A stretch of 64,000 nucleotides of DNA from Candidatus Poribacteria bacterium (GTDB lineage: Bacteria > Poribacteria > WGA-4E > PCPOR2b): NCBI GenBank assembly GCA_965198165.1, contig OZ240244.1, forward strand, positions 1,258,061 through 1,322,060. The letters are read 5' to 3'. The position numbers and the translations under genes were made by a program. Below the pieces are notes generated by a model. That model was given only the letters and a program-made list of their open reading frames with translations. It ran no database searches and had not been told where the DNA came from. Position 1 is the stretch's first letter, and each line of letters starts with the position of its first letter. Of the stretch, positions 45,250 through 57,013 are shown piece by piece.

Positions 45250-48200
45250 TCACACCTCCTGATAATAATCTTGAACGGGTACGACGGAAGCCTTACCACG
45301 ACGGAGCGCGTCAATGCCGTTGACAGCGGCCGCCGCGCCTGAAATCGTCGTAAAAATTGGGATGTTGTGTTCTATTGAAAGCTTCCGAATCAACTGTTCG
45401 CTCGGTTGGTGTGCATATCCCGTTGGGGTGTTGATGATAATATCTATCGCGTTATTTTTGACGTAATCTTGAATTGTCGGTCGTCCTTTTCCGATGCTAT
45501 GGACTAATCCAACCTTCAGACCGTTTCGGCGAAGTACCCTCGCTGTCCCGTGGGTCGCGATGAGTTGAAATCCCATATCATGCAGTTTTTGGGCGATAAA
45601 GATAACGGTGCGCTTGTCCTTGTTCTTTACGCTGATAAAGGCACGTCCCTCGAATGGTAGCCCGGAGCCAATCGCTTTTTGGGCTTTCGTGAAGGCGATG
45701 CTGAGGTCTGAATCAATGCCCATGACTTCACCCGTTGATTTCATTTCAGGGCCGAGTTGCGAATCCGCGCCCGGAAAGCGGTTGAATGGGAAAACGGGGG
45801 CTTTCACACTGAAATAATCGGGTTCGATCTCTTTGGTAAATCCAAGTTCTGTAAGGGACTTCCCTGCCATGATGCGCGCCGCAAGTTTTGCCAATGGCAC
45901 ACCAATCGCTTTGCTGACAAAAGGAATTGTCCGTGATGCCCGCGGGTTGACTTCAAGCACATAGATCTGGTCATTTTTAATTGCATACTGGACATTCATC
46001 AGTCCACAGACGTTCAGTGCCTTCGCGAGGGCGTAGGTATACTCTTTTAGGGCATCGAGCTGCTCCTCAACGAGGGTATACGGGGGTAGAACGCAGTCGC
46101 TGTCACCAGAGTGGATGCCGGCTTCCTCAATATGCTCCATAATACCGCCCACCACGGTAATTTCTCCATCGGAGATCGCGTCCACATCAACCTCAATGGC
46201 ATCCTCGACATATTTGTCAATCAGTACCGGATGCGCTGGCGAAACGGCAACCGCTGAACGCATGTATTCAGCCAAGCCCGTATCATCGTAAACGATTTGC
46301 ATCGCTCTGCCGCCGAGCACATACGACGGCCGCACCATGACAGGGTATCCAACGGACTCGGCAATCGGCTTTGCCTCTTCGAGGCAGGTCGCTGTACCAT
46401 TCGGCGGTTGCGTCAATCCGATTTTGTCTAGCACCTCCTTAAATAACTTCCGGTCCTCACTTCGGGCAATGTCATCCGACCCCGTTCCGATAATTGGAAC
46501 GCCTGCGTCTTTAAGGGCCATTGCGAGATTCAGCGGTGTTTGCCCCCCGAACTGAACAATGACACCCATCGGCTGTTCGCGGTCAACGATGTTGAGGACA
46601 TCTTCATAAGTCAGCGGTTCAAAATAGAGTCGGTCGGAGGTATCGTAGTCTGTACTGACGGTCTCAGGGTTGCTGTTGACCATGATTGTTTCATAGCCAT
46701 CCTCTTTCAGCGCGAGGGTTGCGTGAACGCAACAGTAATCAAATTCAATTCCCTGACCGATCCGATTCGGGCCACCGCCCAATATCATGATTTTCTGCTT
46801 ATTGGTCGGACGAACCTCATCCTCGCTGCTGTAGGTCGCGTAGTAATACGGCGTTTCGGCTTCAAACTCAGCCGCACAGGTGTCTACGGTCTTAAAAGTC
46901 GCTTCGAGCCCGTGCGCGTTCCGTTGCCTCCTCACATCTTCCTCTGAAGCATTCCACATTTCGGCAATTTGCCGGTCTGAAAAGCCGAGCTGTTTTGCGT
47001 TCCGAAGCGTTGACAGTATCTCGTGGTCCCACTCGCCTTCGATCGGATAGTTTTGAAGGTCAGCCGCAAGTGCCTCCTCAGCATCAACCAGTTCTTTGAT
47101 ATTATACAGGAAAAATGGGTCAATATGTGTATAATTATAAATCTGTTCAACACTCATTGCACGTTGCAACGCCTGCTTAATGTAAAAGATTCGTTCAACG
47201 TTTGGAATCGTCAGTTTCTGGGGGAGTTCAGAGAGCGGCAATGTTTCGAGTGGGTGATTATCAAGCCCGTACCACCCCGCTTCTAGTGACCGCAAGCCCT
47301 TCTGCAAGGCTTCCTTGAACGTTCTGCCAATCGCCATTGCCTCACCTACGGACTTCATCTGGGTCGTTAGGGTTTGGTCTGTGCCATTAAATTTCTGGAA
47401 ATCCCAACGCGGGATTTTGACAACGACGTAGTCGATAGTCGGCTCAAAGCTGGCAGGGGTCTGGCGGGTAATATCGTTAGGGATTTCATCAAGGGTGTAC
47501 CCAACCGCCAGTTTCGCTGCGATTTTCGCAATCGGGAATCCGGTGGCTTTGGAGGCGAGTGCGGAGCTCCGGGAGACGCGCGGGTTCATTTCAATGACAA
47601 CCTGCTGTCCCGTATCTGGGTTGACAGCGAATTGGATGTTGGAGCCGCCGGTGTCAACCCCAATCTCACGGATAATCTGGATGGCCGCGTCTCGCATCTG
47701 TTGATACTCTTTGTCGGTCAAGGTTTGGGCGGGTGCGACCGTTATGCTATCACCGGTATGAACTCCCATCGCATCAACATTTTCAATCGAGCAGATGATG
47801 ACGACGTTATCGGCATGGTCGCGCATCACCTCAAGCTCATACTCTTTCCACCCGATTACCGATTCCTCAATGAGCACCTCATTGACCGGACTTAACGCCA
47901 CCCCGTGTGCGACCATCTGTCGAAATTCCTCGATATTATACGCAATCCCACCGCCCGTGCCGCCAAGGGTAAACGCCGGACGGATAATCGCCGGGTAACC
48001 GATCATTGTGATGAATGCCACCGCGTCTTCAACGGAATGAGCAATGCCGCTCTTAGGTACAGCCAACCCGATTTCCTGCATCGCCTTTTTGAACAACTCC
48101 CGGTCTTCTGCCTTCTTAATCGCATCCAGCTTCGCGCCAATCAGCTCCACATCGTATTTGTCAAGCACCCCCGCCTCTGCGACCTCGACAGAGACATTGA

Positions 48201-48486
48201 GGCCCGTCTGCCCCCCTATAGTTGGGAGCAACGCCTGCGGACGCTCTTGGGCGATAATCTGTTCAACCACATCTGCGGAGATCGGCTCGATGTACGTCCG
48301 ATCCGAGAATTCGGGGTCTGTCATGATTGTAGCGGGGTTGCTGTTGACAAGCACCACCTGATAGCCTTCTTCTTTCAGGGCTTTACAGGCTTGAGTCCCG
48401 GAATAATCAAACTCACACGCTTGACCGATAATAATCGGCCCGGAGCCGATAATCAAGATCTTTTCGATGTCAGTTCGTTTTGGCAT
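45250..48486 (-). CDS. carB: carbamoyl-phosphate synthase large subunit
   Basis: 1078 aa. Duplicated ATP-grasp halves. N-terminus [33 protein letters not shown]. Confidence 0.95.
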   Translation of the reverse strand: MPKRTDIEKILIIGSGPIIIGQACEFDYSGTQACKALKEEGYQVVLVNSNPATIMTDPEFSDRTYIEPISADVVEQIIAQERPQALLPTIGGQTGLNVSVEVAEAGVLDKYDVELIGAKLDAIKKAEDRELFKKAMQEIGLAVPKSGIAHSVEDAVAFITMIGYPAIIRPAFTLGGTGGGIAYNIEEFRQMVAHGVALSPVNEVLIEESVIGWKEYELEVMRDHADNVVIICSIENVDAMGVHTGDSITVAPAQTLTDKEYQQMRDAAIQIIREIGVDTGGSNIQFAVNPDTGQQVVIEMNPRVSRSSALASKATGFPIAKIAAKLAVGYTLDEIPNDITRQTPASFEPTIDYVVVKIPRWDFQKFNGTDQTLTTQMKSVGEAMAIGRTFKEALQKGLRSLEAGWYGLDNHPLETLPLSELPQKLTIPNVERIFYIKQALQRAMSVEQIYNYTHIDPFFLYNIKELVDAEEALAADLQNYPIEGEWDHEILSTLRNAKQLGFSDRQIAEMWNASEEDVRRQRNAHGLEATFKTVDTCAAEFEAETPYYYATYSSEDEVRPTNKQKIMILGGGPNRIGQGIEFDYCCVHATLALKEDGYETIMVNSNPETVSTDYDTSDRLYFEPLTYEDVLNIVDREQPMGVIVQFGGQTPLNLAMALKDAGVPIIGTGSDDIARSEDRKLFKEVLDKIGLTQPPNGTATCLEEAKPIAESVGYPVMVRPSYVLGGRAMQIVYDDTGLAEYMRSAVAVSPAHPVLIDKYVEDAIEVDVDAISDGEITVVGGIMEHIEEAGIHSGDSDCVLPPYTLVEEQLDALKEYTYALAKALNVCGLMNVQYAIKNDQIYVLEVNPRASRTIPFVSKAIGVPLAKLAARIMAGKSLTELGFTKEIEPDYFSVKAPVFPFNRFPGADSQLGPEMKSTGEVMGIDSDLSIAFTKAQKAIGSGLPFEGRAFISVKNKDKRTVIFIAQKLHDMGFQLIATHGTARVLRRNGLKVGLVHSIGKGRPTIQDYVKNNAIDIIINTPTGYAHQPSEQLIRKLSIEHNIPIFTTISGAAAAVNGIDALRRGKASVVPVQDYYQEV

Positions 48487-48685
48487 AATATGTCATAATG
48501 AGTCAACCCTGATTTTCGTGGAATCCTTCAATCGGAAATTGAAAGAATTGAAGATAGGAAGGGGAATCCGTTACCCTTGTGTGTCGAGTCATCCTGCCAC
48601 CCGAAGGACGGGTGATTCGGAAGCCTGTTCACGCCCCAAATGCAAAGTTTCCTCCTGAAGCTTGCTTAAAAAAACTTGGGATAAC

Positions 48686-49816
48686 TCACGCTTCTCCCTT
48701 CATCAGATTGGTGAATTTTGCGAAGAGGTAGCTTGCGTCGTGTGGGCCCGGGGCTGCCTCTGGATGATATTGCACAGAAAAGACCGGGTGTTCCTTGTGT
48801 TCAAAACCTTCGAGCGTTTGGTCGTTTAAGTTGATGTGGGTAATTTCTACAGCATTCGGGAGCGAATCAATATCCACGCAGAACCCGTGATTTTGCGAGG
48901 TAATCTCTACTTGGTCAGTTTCAAATCGTTTGACAGGTTGGTTCACCCCCCGATGTCCGAATTTCAGTTTGAAAGTCTTTCCACCTAAAGCAAGCCCTAA
49001 GAATTGGTGCCCCAAGCAGATACCGAAGAGCGGCTTTTTACCGATGAGTTGCCGCACGGTCTCTATTGCGTATCGAACAGGGGCCGGATCTCCGGGGCCA
49101 TTTGATAAGAAGATACCATCGGGATTGGCGGCAAGGATGTCTTGGACAGATGTGTGCGCCGGTACAACCTGCACCTGACACCCGTGTTGCGTTAACTGAC
49201 GGAGGATATTATATTTCACGCCGAAGTCCATTGCGATGACACGAAATCGCGGTTTGGGCGGTGTCTCAACGGATGTTAGCAGTTGCCCATTGAGCACATC
49301 TGCCCCCGGCTGATTCCACGCATAGGGACTGGGACAGGTGACATATTGAACAAGGTCGTGCCCGACCAATCCGTGCCACGCCTGCGCTTTGGCGACGAGC
49401 CGTTCAGCGTCAAGGCTCTCTGTTGAGAGCACACCATCCATCACCCCATGCACCCTAAGCCGCTTCGTCAACGCACGGGTATCAATCCCCTGGATACCGA
49501 TGATTCGATTTTCTTCAAGATAGTCGCCCAAGCTCCAATTGGCGCGCCAGTTGCTGTGATGGCCACTGTATTCCCGCACGACGAACCCTTCAACCTGAAC
49601 CTGCATTGATTCAACATCAATCGTGTTGCAACCGTAGTTTCCAATCAACGGATAGGTCATTGTCACAATCTGTCCTTTGTAGGACGGATCGGTGAGCACT
49701 TCCTGATAGCCGGTCATGCTTGTATTGAAAACCACTTCGCCTTCCGTTTCGCCCGTTGCGCCGAAGTGTTCGCCTTCAAAAATTGTCCCGTCTGCTAATG
49801 CTAGAATTGCTTTCAT
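48686..49816 (-). CDS. carA: carbamoyl-phosphate synthase small subunit (glutamine amidotransferase)
   Basis: CarA-type N-terminus [23 protein letters not shown]. GATase catalytic Cys (GICLGHQ). The ORF is open upstream to 49909, but the conserved start is at 49816. Confidence 0.9.
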   Translation of the reverse strand: MKAILALADGTIFEGEHFGATGETEGEVVFNTSMTGYQEVLTDPSYKGQIVTMTYPLIGNYGCNTIDVESMQVQVEGFVVREYSGHHSNWRANWSLGDYLEENRIIGIQGIDTRALTKRLRVHGVMDGVLSTESLDAERLVAKAQAWHGLVGHDLVQYVTCPSPYAWNQPGADVLNGQLLTSVETPPKPRFRVIAMDFGVKYNILRQLTQHGCQVQVVPAHTSVQDILAANPDGIFLSNGPGDPAPVRYAIETVRQLIGKKPLFGICLGHQFLGLALGGKTFKLKFGHRGVNQPVKRFETDQVEITSQNHGFCVDIDSLPNAVEITHINLNDQTLEGFEHKEHPVFSVQYHPEAAPGPHDASYLFAKFTNLMKGEA

Positions 49817-49835
49817 ACGTTTTATTGAGATTAGA

Positions 49836-50040
49836 AACCGAGTTTTTTGCGTCAAGTCATCTGAAGACAGATGGGCAGATGACTGCGCGCATCTTGTGCG
49901 CTCGCTCACGCGATGCGCTCGCTCACGTGCGTCAAGTCATCTTGTGCGCTCGCTCACGCGATGCGCTCGCTCACGTGCGTCAAGTCATCTTGTGCGCTCG
50001 CTCACGCGACCATCCGTCCTCGGACCACCCGCAAGGGTCG
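49836..50040. repeat. composite repeat: MITE fragment plus inverted 118-bp-family sequence plus 48-bp tandem (tgcgctcgctcacgcgatgcgctcgctcacgtgcgtcaagtcatcttg x2)
   Basis: Direct inspection. Shares gcgctcgctcac and ccatccgtcctcgga with the 8690-9030 satellite, in reverse complement. Confidence 0.75.
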
Positions 50041-50110
50041 GCAAGACTTGGTTTCTGCCGAAATGTAATTGATTTATTCAAAGTTGCTTGGATCCGAAGA
50101 AGCTTGGGTG

Positions 50111-50142
50111 AAGCTCTGCTGGATTTGTCAATCCAGCAGGAG
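50111..50142. repeat. REP-like palindrome copy
   Basis: ctgctggatttgtcaatccagcag. Confidence 0.7.
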
Positions 50143-50152
50143 CCGCCTGGGT

Positions 50153-50698
50153 TTAGACTTCATTTCTTAAAATTGAATACAACTTCATGTCGTGAAATTG
50201 GCCTTTTGCATAGGAATGCTTCCGTAAGATGCCCTCGAATGTCATACCCGCTTTTTCCAGCACGCGAGCGGAAGCGATATTTTCAACCATGCAGGTTCCC
50301 TCAATTCGGTTCAGACACCAATACTCGAAGCCGAATAGAATCAACGCTTGAGCGACTTCTGTCCCGTATCCGCTCCCCCAATATTTTCGTGCGAGATTGA
50401 ACGCAATTTCTGCTCTCCGATTTTTAAAGTCAAAGGAGTGTAGAAAGGTGGTTCCAATGACCTTATCGGTTCCTTTATGGATAATACCCCAACAGGCAAA
50501 GTTATCGCTAATCAGCCATGAAATAAACGCTTTGCTGTCCTGTATTGATTTATGGTGATACCAAAAAGTGTGTTTTGTGACCTCCGGGTCTGAAGTGTAT
50601 TCAAATGTATCTGCGGCATCACTCAGCTTCAGTGCTCTGAGCAATAATCGTGCTGTTTCTATTGAGGGTAAATCCTTCAGCCTTGGGTCTTTCCTCAT
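50153..50698 (-). CDS. GNAT family N-acetyltransferase (RimJ/RimL-like)
   Basis: Acetyl-CoA-binding motif RKYWGSGYGTEVAQALI. 181 aa. Confidence 0.8.
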   Translation of the reverse strand: MRKDPRLKDLPSIETARLLLRALKLSDAADTFEYTSDPEVTKHTFWYHHKSIQDSKAFISWLISDNFACWGIIHKGTDKVIGTTFLHSFDFKNRRAEIAFNLARKYWGSGYGTEVAQALILFGFEYWCLNRIEGTCMVENIASARVLEKAGMTFEGILRKHSYAKGQFHDMKLYSILRNEV

Positions 50699-52017
50699 TT
50701 TGCGGTTCTCTCGCTCAGTTCATATCGGATTATGCCGTTGCGGATGGTCATCACCGGCCAGCCCTTCAAGGTCGCGCCATCAAAAGGCGTGTTGCGACTT
50801 TTGGATTTAGAACGGGTGGCATCAACAGTGGCACCCTTTTCGGGATGGATTAATGCGACATCCGCAACGGCACCGATTGAGAGTGTGCCCCGGTCAATTC
50901 CCAAGAGCTCCGCAGGCACACACGTCAGCTTGGCAATTGCGTCTGATAAAGTGAGCCGACCAGTATGAACCAAATGTGTAAACACGAGTGGGACACAGGT
51001 TTCTAAGCCAATGATGCCGGGCGGTGCCTCAAGCATCCCCCATTCTTTTTCAAACGGGGCGTGAGGAGCATGGTCGGTAGCGATGGCATCAATCGTACCG
51101 TCGCTCAACCCTTCGATGATGGCATCAACGTCAGTCTGTGACCGTAGAGGCGGGTGCATCTTTGCGTTCGTGCCGTGTTTTTCGACCGCTATATCTGTTA
51201 ACGCAAAATGATGCGGCATGGCCTCAGCGGTCACACGAATCCCCTTCTGCTTTCCCCATCGGACGAGTTCAACTGCGCCAGCGGTACTAACATGCAGGAT
51301 ATGGATATGTCCACCGGTTAGCTCCGCCAGCATAATCTCACGGGCGACGATGATGTCCTCGGCGGCGTTTGGACTGCCCGGTAGGTTTAGTTTGGCTGAA
51401 GTTTCGCCAAGATTCATGACTGTTCCGGCGTTCAGGTTGTGCTCTTCACAATGGACTACGACCGGAAAACCGAGTTCGGCACTGAACGCCAAAGCATCCC
51501 GCATCAAGGCGGCGTTCATGACCGTTTTTCCATCATCGCTTAGTGCGACAGCCCCCGCTTCAATCAATGCAGGCACATCTGTCAATTCTTCCCCAATCAG
51601 GCCTTTGGTAATACTGCCGATTGGGAATACATTCGTCGCGCCGTATTTTCCCGCCTGCGCTCGGATAAATGCGATGACCTCCGGCGAATCCGCCACCGGT
51701 TGGGTATTCGCCATACATGCGACCGATGTAAATCCACCGGCGACTGCTGCACGGGTTCCGGTAGCGATTGTCTCTTTATACTCGAATCCCGGCTCCCGCA
51801 GGTGAACGTGCATATCAACGAGCCCAGGCGTAACAACTAATCCCGTTGCGTCAATTTCATTTACGGTTGAAGCTCCTCCTGCCTCAATTCGTTCACCAAT
51901 CCGACCGATTTTCCCATCATCAATCAGCACATCCTGAATCGCATCAATTCGATTCGCTGGGTCAACTACATGGCCGCCACGGATAAGCAATTGACTCACG
52001 GTGCACCCTCCTCGCAA
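50695..52017 (-). CDS. pyrC: dihydroorotase (multifunctional-complex type)
   Basis: [13 protein letters not shown] metal-binding motif. The likely start is the GTG at 51999, overlapping the pyrR stop (GTGA coupling). Confidence 0.9.
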   Translation of the reverse strand: MRGGCTVSQLLIRGGHVVDPANRIDAIQDVLIDDGKIGRIGERIEAGGASTVNEIDATGLVVTPGLVDMHVHLREPGFEYKETIATGTRAAVAGGFTSVACMANTQPVADSPEVIAFIRAQAGKYGATNVFPIGSITKGLIGEELTDVPALIEAGAVALSDDGKTVMNAALMRDALAFSAELGFPVVVHCEEHNLNAGTVMNLGETSAKLNLPGSPNAAEDIIVAREIMLAELTGGHIHILHVSTAGAVELVRWGKQKGIRVTAEAMPHHFALTDIAVEKHGTNAKMHPPLRSQTDVDAIIEGLSDGTIDAIATDHAPHAPFEKEWGMLEAPPGIIGLETCVPLVFTHLVHTGRLTLSDAIAKLTCVPAELLGIDRGTLSIGAVADVALIHPEKGATVDATRSKSKSRNTPFDGATLKGWPVMTIRNGIIRYELSERTAK

Positions 52018-52523
52018 ATCACGGCGCAGTCAACCCCTTGTTCCTCAATCAACTGGACACGGACAATCTCTTTCCGCGAAGTGGGCAGGTTTTTGCCGAC
52101 GTAATCGGCATCAATCGGTAGTTCACGGTGTCCCCGATCGATTAAGACTGCCAACTGGATGGCAGCCGGGCGTCCGAAATCGGTGATTGCGTCCATCGCC
52201 GCGCGGGTTGTGCGCCCTGTGTAAAGCACCTCGTCAACCAAGATAATGCGTTTTCCCGTCACATCAAAAGGGATATCCGTGCGGTTCACTTTGGCCGCGT
52301 GATGGTAGAGGTTTACATCGTCCCGATACAGGTACACATCAACTGCCCCAACAGGAATTTCGATGTTTTCAATTTGCTCTAGATTTTTGGCAATTCGTTG
52401 GGCGAGATGGTCACCTCGGCTCTTAATTCCGATGAGTGCCAGATTGTCGAGTGCTTGATGATTTCGTTCCAAAATCTCGTGTGAAATCCGGATTAAGGCC
52501 CGTCGAATATCCTCTGCTGTCAT
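51996..52523 (-). CDS. pyrR: bifunctional pyrimidine operon regulator / uracil phosphoribosyltransferase
   Basis: PRTase motif [20 protein letters not shown] and a PyrR-type N-terminus. The start at MTAEDI (52523) abuts the upstream gene. Confidence 0.9.
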   Translation of the reverse strand: MTAEDIRRALIRISHEILERNHQALDNLALIGIKSRGDHLAQRIAKNLEQIENIEIPVGAVDVYLYRDDVNLYHHAAKVNRTDIPFDVTGKRIILVDEVLYTGRTTRAAMDAITDFGRPAAIQLAVLIDRGHRELPIDADYVGKNLPTSRKEIVRVQLIEEQGVDCAVICEEGAP

Positions 52524-53125
52524 AACTTGGGCTTTTTCGCGCATCTGCCTAGCTCCTCTTTTCTTCTTTCAAGCAGGACATCCATAATTTCCCGAATCTG
52601 TGGATAAGCGTCGAATCCTAACTGATTCCAGTCATTTTCCCAGAATTTATCCAAAGATCGATAACCAATTTTCTCATACTCAAATGCTTGAATCATCAAT
52701 TCCAACTTGTCAGCCGCCCGGACCAATTTTGCCTCAAGGGAAGTGCCTTTCTCAAATTCCTCCCAAAGCAGGGTGTATTGCTCCCCAAGGCTTCCAAAGT
52801 CGGCAAGCATTGCACTGACCGCTGCTTGTTCCGCATCCGCCTTTACCACCTCTGGAATATATTCGAGAGCGGGAAACGGCACGTCACCAATCCGCGCTTC
52901 GGCAATTTCGTGGAGTAGTGCCAACCGCATCACCTTTTCCGCATCCAGTGGGATATCCTCCGCTTTCAACACATCGGCGAGAATCATCGACAGCAGTGAG
53001 ACCCGATAGCAGTGGTCTGCAACACTCTCCGCATCTTTGATTCCTCGGAATCGCCACCCCGTGCGCGGGATATTTTTCAGCACACCAATCTCTTGAATGA
53101 AATCCAATATCACTTTTGCGTTCAT
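52520..53125 (-). CDS. HD-domain phosphohydrolase (YfbR-like 5'-deoxynucleotidase family)
   Basis: [15 protein letters not shown] and [15 protein letters not shown] (H..HD...D motif). Confidence 0.8.
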   Translation of the reverse strand: MNAKVILDFIQEIGVLKNIPRTGWRFRGIKDAESVADHCYRVSLLSMILADVLKAEDIPLDAEKVMRLALLHEIAEARIGDVPFPALEYIPEVVKADAEQAAVSAMLADFGSLGEQYTLLWEEFEKGTSLEAKLVRAADKLELMIQAFEYEKIGYRSLDKFWENDWNQLGFDAYPQIREIMDVLLERRKEELGRCAKKPKL

Positions 53126-53171
53126 ATCTGCTAAAGCACACTTAAAGAATAAGAGCCTGTTTGAAAAGTCA

Positions 53172-54275
53172 TTATGTGGATGAGCTAACCGATTCCGTTA
53201 ACTGTTCAATCGCCTCCTCAGACAATCCTGTATATTTCGCAATCGCATCAATCGGTTGATTATCATTCAACATCGAAATCGCAATTGTCGTAAGAGTTTG
53301 CTCAGTACCGCGTTCAATACCGCGTTCAATACCTTCTTCACGACCGCGTTCAATACCTTCTTCACGACCGCGTTCAATACCTTCTTCACGACCGCGTTCA
53401 ATACCGCGTTTTTCGCCTTGTTTAATGAGGCGATCTGCCATTGTATATACCATGTCTGTCACATCCTTTCTACGTGAAAGTGGAATTTGGTCCTGAACGA
53501 CTGCTTTCAAGTCCTCGTGTTGGTCAACCGGACGGCGATGTAGGATTAGCAACAGCAGATAGGAAATCGCCTTCTCCCACTGTTGCCTTTGTGCTTCACC
53601 AAGGGTGTTGATCTGCGAGAGGGCTTCTATCAACGCGCCCCTTATCTCTGCCTCGCTCGCATTTTCCTTTTTCAAGACGGTCAGCAACCACCCCAACGGA
53701 TGACCGCTTTGCGTTAGGATGGCATCATCTGTCCCCTTTACGTCTAGGAGCAGTATTTTGAATTGCGGAACAAACTCAGAGAGCACATCCGGGATGTCCA
53801 TTATGGCATCGAGGGTCAGCGGGGCATTCCATCCCTGCTCGCCGGTGTAAAACACAATCGGGATTATCGGACGCAAACGTTGCTGACTGGCGGGAACGTC
53901 GTTCGATTCCCACTCCCGGCTTTGCAAATCCAAAATATGGTTCATGTAAGAATTGACTCGAAGTGCCATTTTCACATCCACCGTGGATTGGTGTTCTATG
54001 AGAATATAGATGAACAGCTCTTTGGGACCCGATTCGCTACGAAGTGGCACCTTAAATACGATGTCTGCGAACCGCTCTCGCAGGTCGTCGGCAAGAAAAC
54101 TCGTGTTGATGAGTTCGAGTCGACTAAAATCAATGAGGGGCACCAGTCTGTAGGCGAGGATTTCAAACAATCCTCGGACGTACTCTCTGTCTTGGAGCAA
54201 CCATCGGGCACTTCGGTCTGAGAAGCGCCCAATCGGCATGTCGAAAAATTTAATTATTTCTGTTACGTTTGCCAT
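53172..54275 (-). CDS. Rpn/YhgA-like PD-(D/E)XK nuclease / putative transposase, second copy
   Basis: Tail ...IDAIAKYTGLSEEAIEQL. The (EEGIERGRE)x3 amino-acid repeat is encoded by perfect 27-bp DNA tandem repeats at about 53300-53400. The N-terminal core FADIVFKV...ELFIYILIEHQSTVD is family-typical. Confidence 0.7.
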   Translation of the reverse strand: MANVTEIIKFFDMPIGRFSDRSARWLLQDREYVRGLFEILAYRLVPLIDFSRLELINTSFLADDLRERFADIVFKVPLRSESGPKELFIYILIEHQSTVDVKMALRVNSYMNHILDLQSREWESNDVPASQQRLRPIIPIVFYTGEQGWNAPLTLDAIMDIPDVLSEFVPQFKILLLDVKGTDDAILTQSGHPLGWLLTVLKKENASEAEIRGALIEALSQINTLGEAQRQQWEKAISYLLLLILHRRPVDQHEDLKAVVQDQIPLSRRKDVTDMVYTMADRLIKQGEKRGIERGREEGIERGREEGIERGREEGIERGIERGTEQTLTTIAISMLNDNQPIDAIAKYTGLSEEAIEQLTESVSSST

Positions 54276-54610
54276 AATTCCGCAGATTTGCAAAAAGGTT
54301 CTAAATCCATATACCGTAGGCGGGCAATCCCTTTCCCTCCCACAGGTACCGCTTAAAATCGAGCATAAAAAAACCCCACCCATGGAAATGGAAGAGGCTC
54401 TAAGTCAATAACAGTACAATAAGAGTAGAAGTCGTTTATTTTCAGCATTCCTTTCCCAACCTCTCTGGATCAGATTAAAAGGATAGTTTGAAAGTAGGAT
54501 TAAGTGTAACACACAATCACTCTCTTTCGCAAGAAAAATCTTAAATTTACATTCTGAAGCAAGGCCCACACCGCTGTAGATGCCCCCGGCCGCTCCCGAT
54601 CGTCCCTGTT

Positions 54611-54642
54611 GCTCCTGCTGGATTGCCAAATCCAGCAGAGAT
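54611..54642. repeat. REP-like palindrome copy
   Basis: gctcctgctggattgccaaatccagcag. Confidence 0.7.
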
Positions 54643-54885
54643 TATGAATGAACATTCGGTGTCACCTGTTGAGTTGCTAAAAAGCCCCACCCCGAATGGT
54701 CGGGATGGGGCTCTTAGGGGTTGGCGCGCTGTTGATTACTCAAAGCGATATTCTCCTCATCGCACGATGAACTGCGTATGCTCGATAAGCTATTCGAGTT
54801 TTACGCTTATATACCACAGAAGAATTTGAATGGCGGTGCCGTAGATTAACAGAATGCTTGCCCAATTCGGCATCCTCTGCGAAAA

Positions 54886-55150
54886 CTTATACCATTTCTG
54901 AAAATTTATATCGCGTTAGCGGTTTTGATGAAATATCAAACGCCTGTAATCCCGGCTACGGGGGTGCGGTTGATGACGCTTTCTTTGAAAGTGGCAACAT
55001 GAGTTGACGCATATCGTTATCCGATGGGGCAAGATGCCCTGGCTACGGGGGGCTGATGCGTTTTTGCTTATGACTTTCTTTGAAAGTGGCAACATGAGTT
55101 GACGCAAATCGGACTTCCATTAACGAGTGATTTATTATCGGAATTGGTAT
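54886..55150 (+). repeat. about 260-bp dispersed repeat, copy 2 (copy 1 at 3277-3540)
   Basis: Near-identical over about 260 bp, in the same orientation. Confidence 0.8.
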
Positions 55151-55382
55151 TAGGAACCCTCTGCGGATCCGCCGATTCCATAACGATAACCGACAACGAG
55201 AAGCTTCCCCATAAAAAACCATGTAGGGCCATCGTCTTTAAAAGATCGTCGGGTAGCAATAACCAGACCGCAAACAAACCAAATGTTGCGACCATTGCAA
55301 GCGACTTGTTGCGTGTAAGAATGTCCCAATTCTTCATGGAAAATATTCGCTTCATGTTATTCATCCTGACTTTGGATGCGTT

Positions 55383-56165
55383 TTATTCATCCTGAACCGC
55401 ACTAATTTCGTCCTCGGAGATTTTATGCACACTCTTGGGATTAAAGGTCTGCTGCGTGTCCACCCTGAGCGCAACTTCAATCCGACCGCCGGTTAGGACG
55501 AAGAACTGGATGAGAAAACCGTCGCCCTGCATAGATTCAACCTGATACTGGTCGGCATCCAATCCATCAAACCACTCCGCCGACGCTGAATCGAAATCTG
55601 GGTGCTCAATAACCGCTTGCGGTAAGGCAGTAATCAGCGTCCCAGGTGCATCGCCAATGACCGACCCGATTTGCTCCCGCGTCTCAACCATAAACGGCAC
55701 AACTCGGTTCGCGTACTCAAAATCGTCGTCACTGGTGCGTTCAGGCGCGACGATTCCCCACGTCAGATGGTGGATAAACGGATTCCCGTAACCCTGACTC
55801 AACATGTGCTCCCGCGCATCCGTGTCAACGGGATGCACAACGGCGACGTAATCAAACCAGCCACCCTCCTTTGCACGGCTATCGTCGGGCAATCGGGCGG
55901 ATACATTGATATAATCACAGCCATCCACAGGTGACGGATAGCATCGCGTATCCCAACCGGAGATGTAACCGAGCTGTTTCAACGGGCCAGCCACAAGATA
56001 CGGTGGGTCGGTGAAAATGGCGGCGTGGTCAAGGTTCGGCAACAGGCCGATTTGCGCCGCTGTTACCTTTTCGGCGACTTCTGTCGCTTCCCCAAAGCGT
56101 TGGGGTGCGTTTTTGATCTTCAGATAATTTGCGAAATCATCCGGTAATCGGATTGAACTTGCCAT
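55383..56165 (-). CDS. hypothetical protein (possibly VOC/cupin-like small-molecule-binding fold)
   Basis: GGAGGG RBS before the ATG at 56165. About 260 aa. The fold assignment is uncertain. Confidence 0.45.
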   Translation of the reverse strand: MASSIRLPDDFANYLKIKNAPQRFGEATEVAEKVTAAQIGLLPNLDHAAIFTDPPYLVAGPLKQLGYISGWDTRCYPSPVDGCDYINVSARLPDDSRAKEGGWFDYVAVVHPVDTDAREHMLSQGYGNPFIHHLTWGIVAPERTSDDDFEYANRVVPFMVETREQIGSVIGDAPGTLITALPQAVIEHPDFDSASAEWFDGLDADQYQVESMQGDGFLIQFFVLTGGRIEVALRVDTQQTFNPKSVHKISEDEISAVQDE

Positions 56166-56368
56166 GATGAACCCTCCAATTTCAAAGTTACTTTCGATTC
56201 GGTTTTGATTTAAGTTTAACAGAGATTGCACCATGTATCAAGACAAATTTATGCCCTCCAACCGATCTAACGGAATTGCACCGTTTCCTGCTTGACAGCA
56301 AATCGTGCTTGTGCTAAACTAGATTTTAATTTTAACCACCGATACGCGTTCTCTGAGGAGGGAAAAAC

Positions 56369-56989
56369 ATGAAAAACGGTTCGGTCTATTTGATTACGGC
56401 TTATGTGGTACTATGTCTCATTTTTACAGGCTGTGTGGCTTCGACACAGAAAGAGGAAGGGGCAACTGCGAGTTCGCCAACCCCAACGCCCCCGAAAGCC
56501 ACTTCAACCTCATCTGCTAAAGACCCAACTCTGCCAGAAGCGGGTCGGATCGATATGAGGGGGTTAACCCTGTTACGGATAATTTTTAGAACCCAACTTA
56601 ACGTCAACCAACTGGATTCACTCTACGCCACAACGCGGGGACAGGTTGCGCATATCTGCATCGTCTCTAACGGTGAACTCGATGTATTAAAAGCATTTGT
56701 GGCGCAACGCTGGTCTCCGCTCGTTCTGCTTCGATACGGGAATAAAGTCCATCTGTGGAGCATGATGGGTTATGATAACGCGGCACAGCAATTTCAGTTA
56801 GGAAACCCCGTAACGGGTGCTATTCGCCTCATTTCGTATGCAGAATTTGAGAAAGAATGGCGCACTGGCTCCAGAAAGAAATGCGCCATTGTTACACCGT
56901 TGAGACTGACCCAAGCCAAAGTGCATTCGGTTTTGGGAAAATATCTTCCAACATCGAAAGTCTCTCAAGTTACGGTTAGAGGCCGGTAA
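56369..56989 (+). CDS. lipoprotein of unknown function
   Basis: Lipobox LIFTGC. Ser/Thr/Pro-rich linker. RBS GGAGGG. Confidence 0.6.
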   Translation: MKNGSVYLITAYVVLCLIFTGCVASTQKEEGATASSPTPTPPKATSTSSAKDPTLPEAGRIDMRGLTLLRIIFRTQLNVNQLDSLYATTRGQVAHICIVSNGELDVLKAFVAQRWSPLVLLRYGNKVHLWSMMGYDNAAQQFQLGNPVTGAIRLISYAEFEKEWRTGSRKKCAIVTPLRLTQAKVHSVLGKYLPTSKVSQVTVRGR

Positions 56990-57013
56990 CACGCCACGCC
57001 GAGGAGCAATGCC

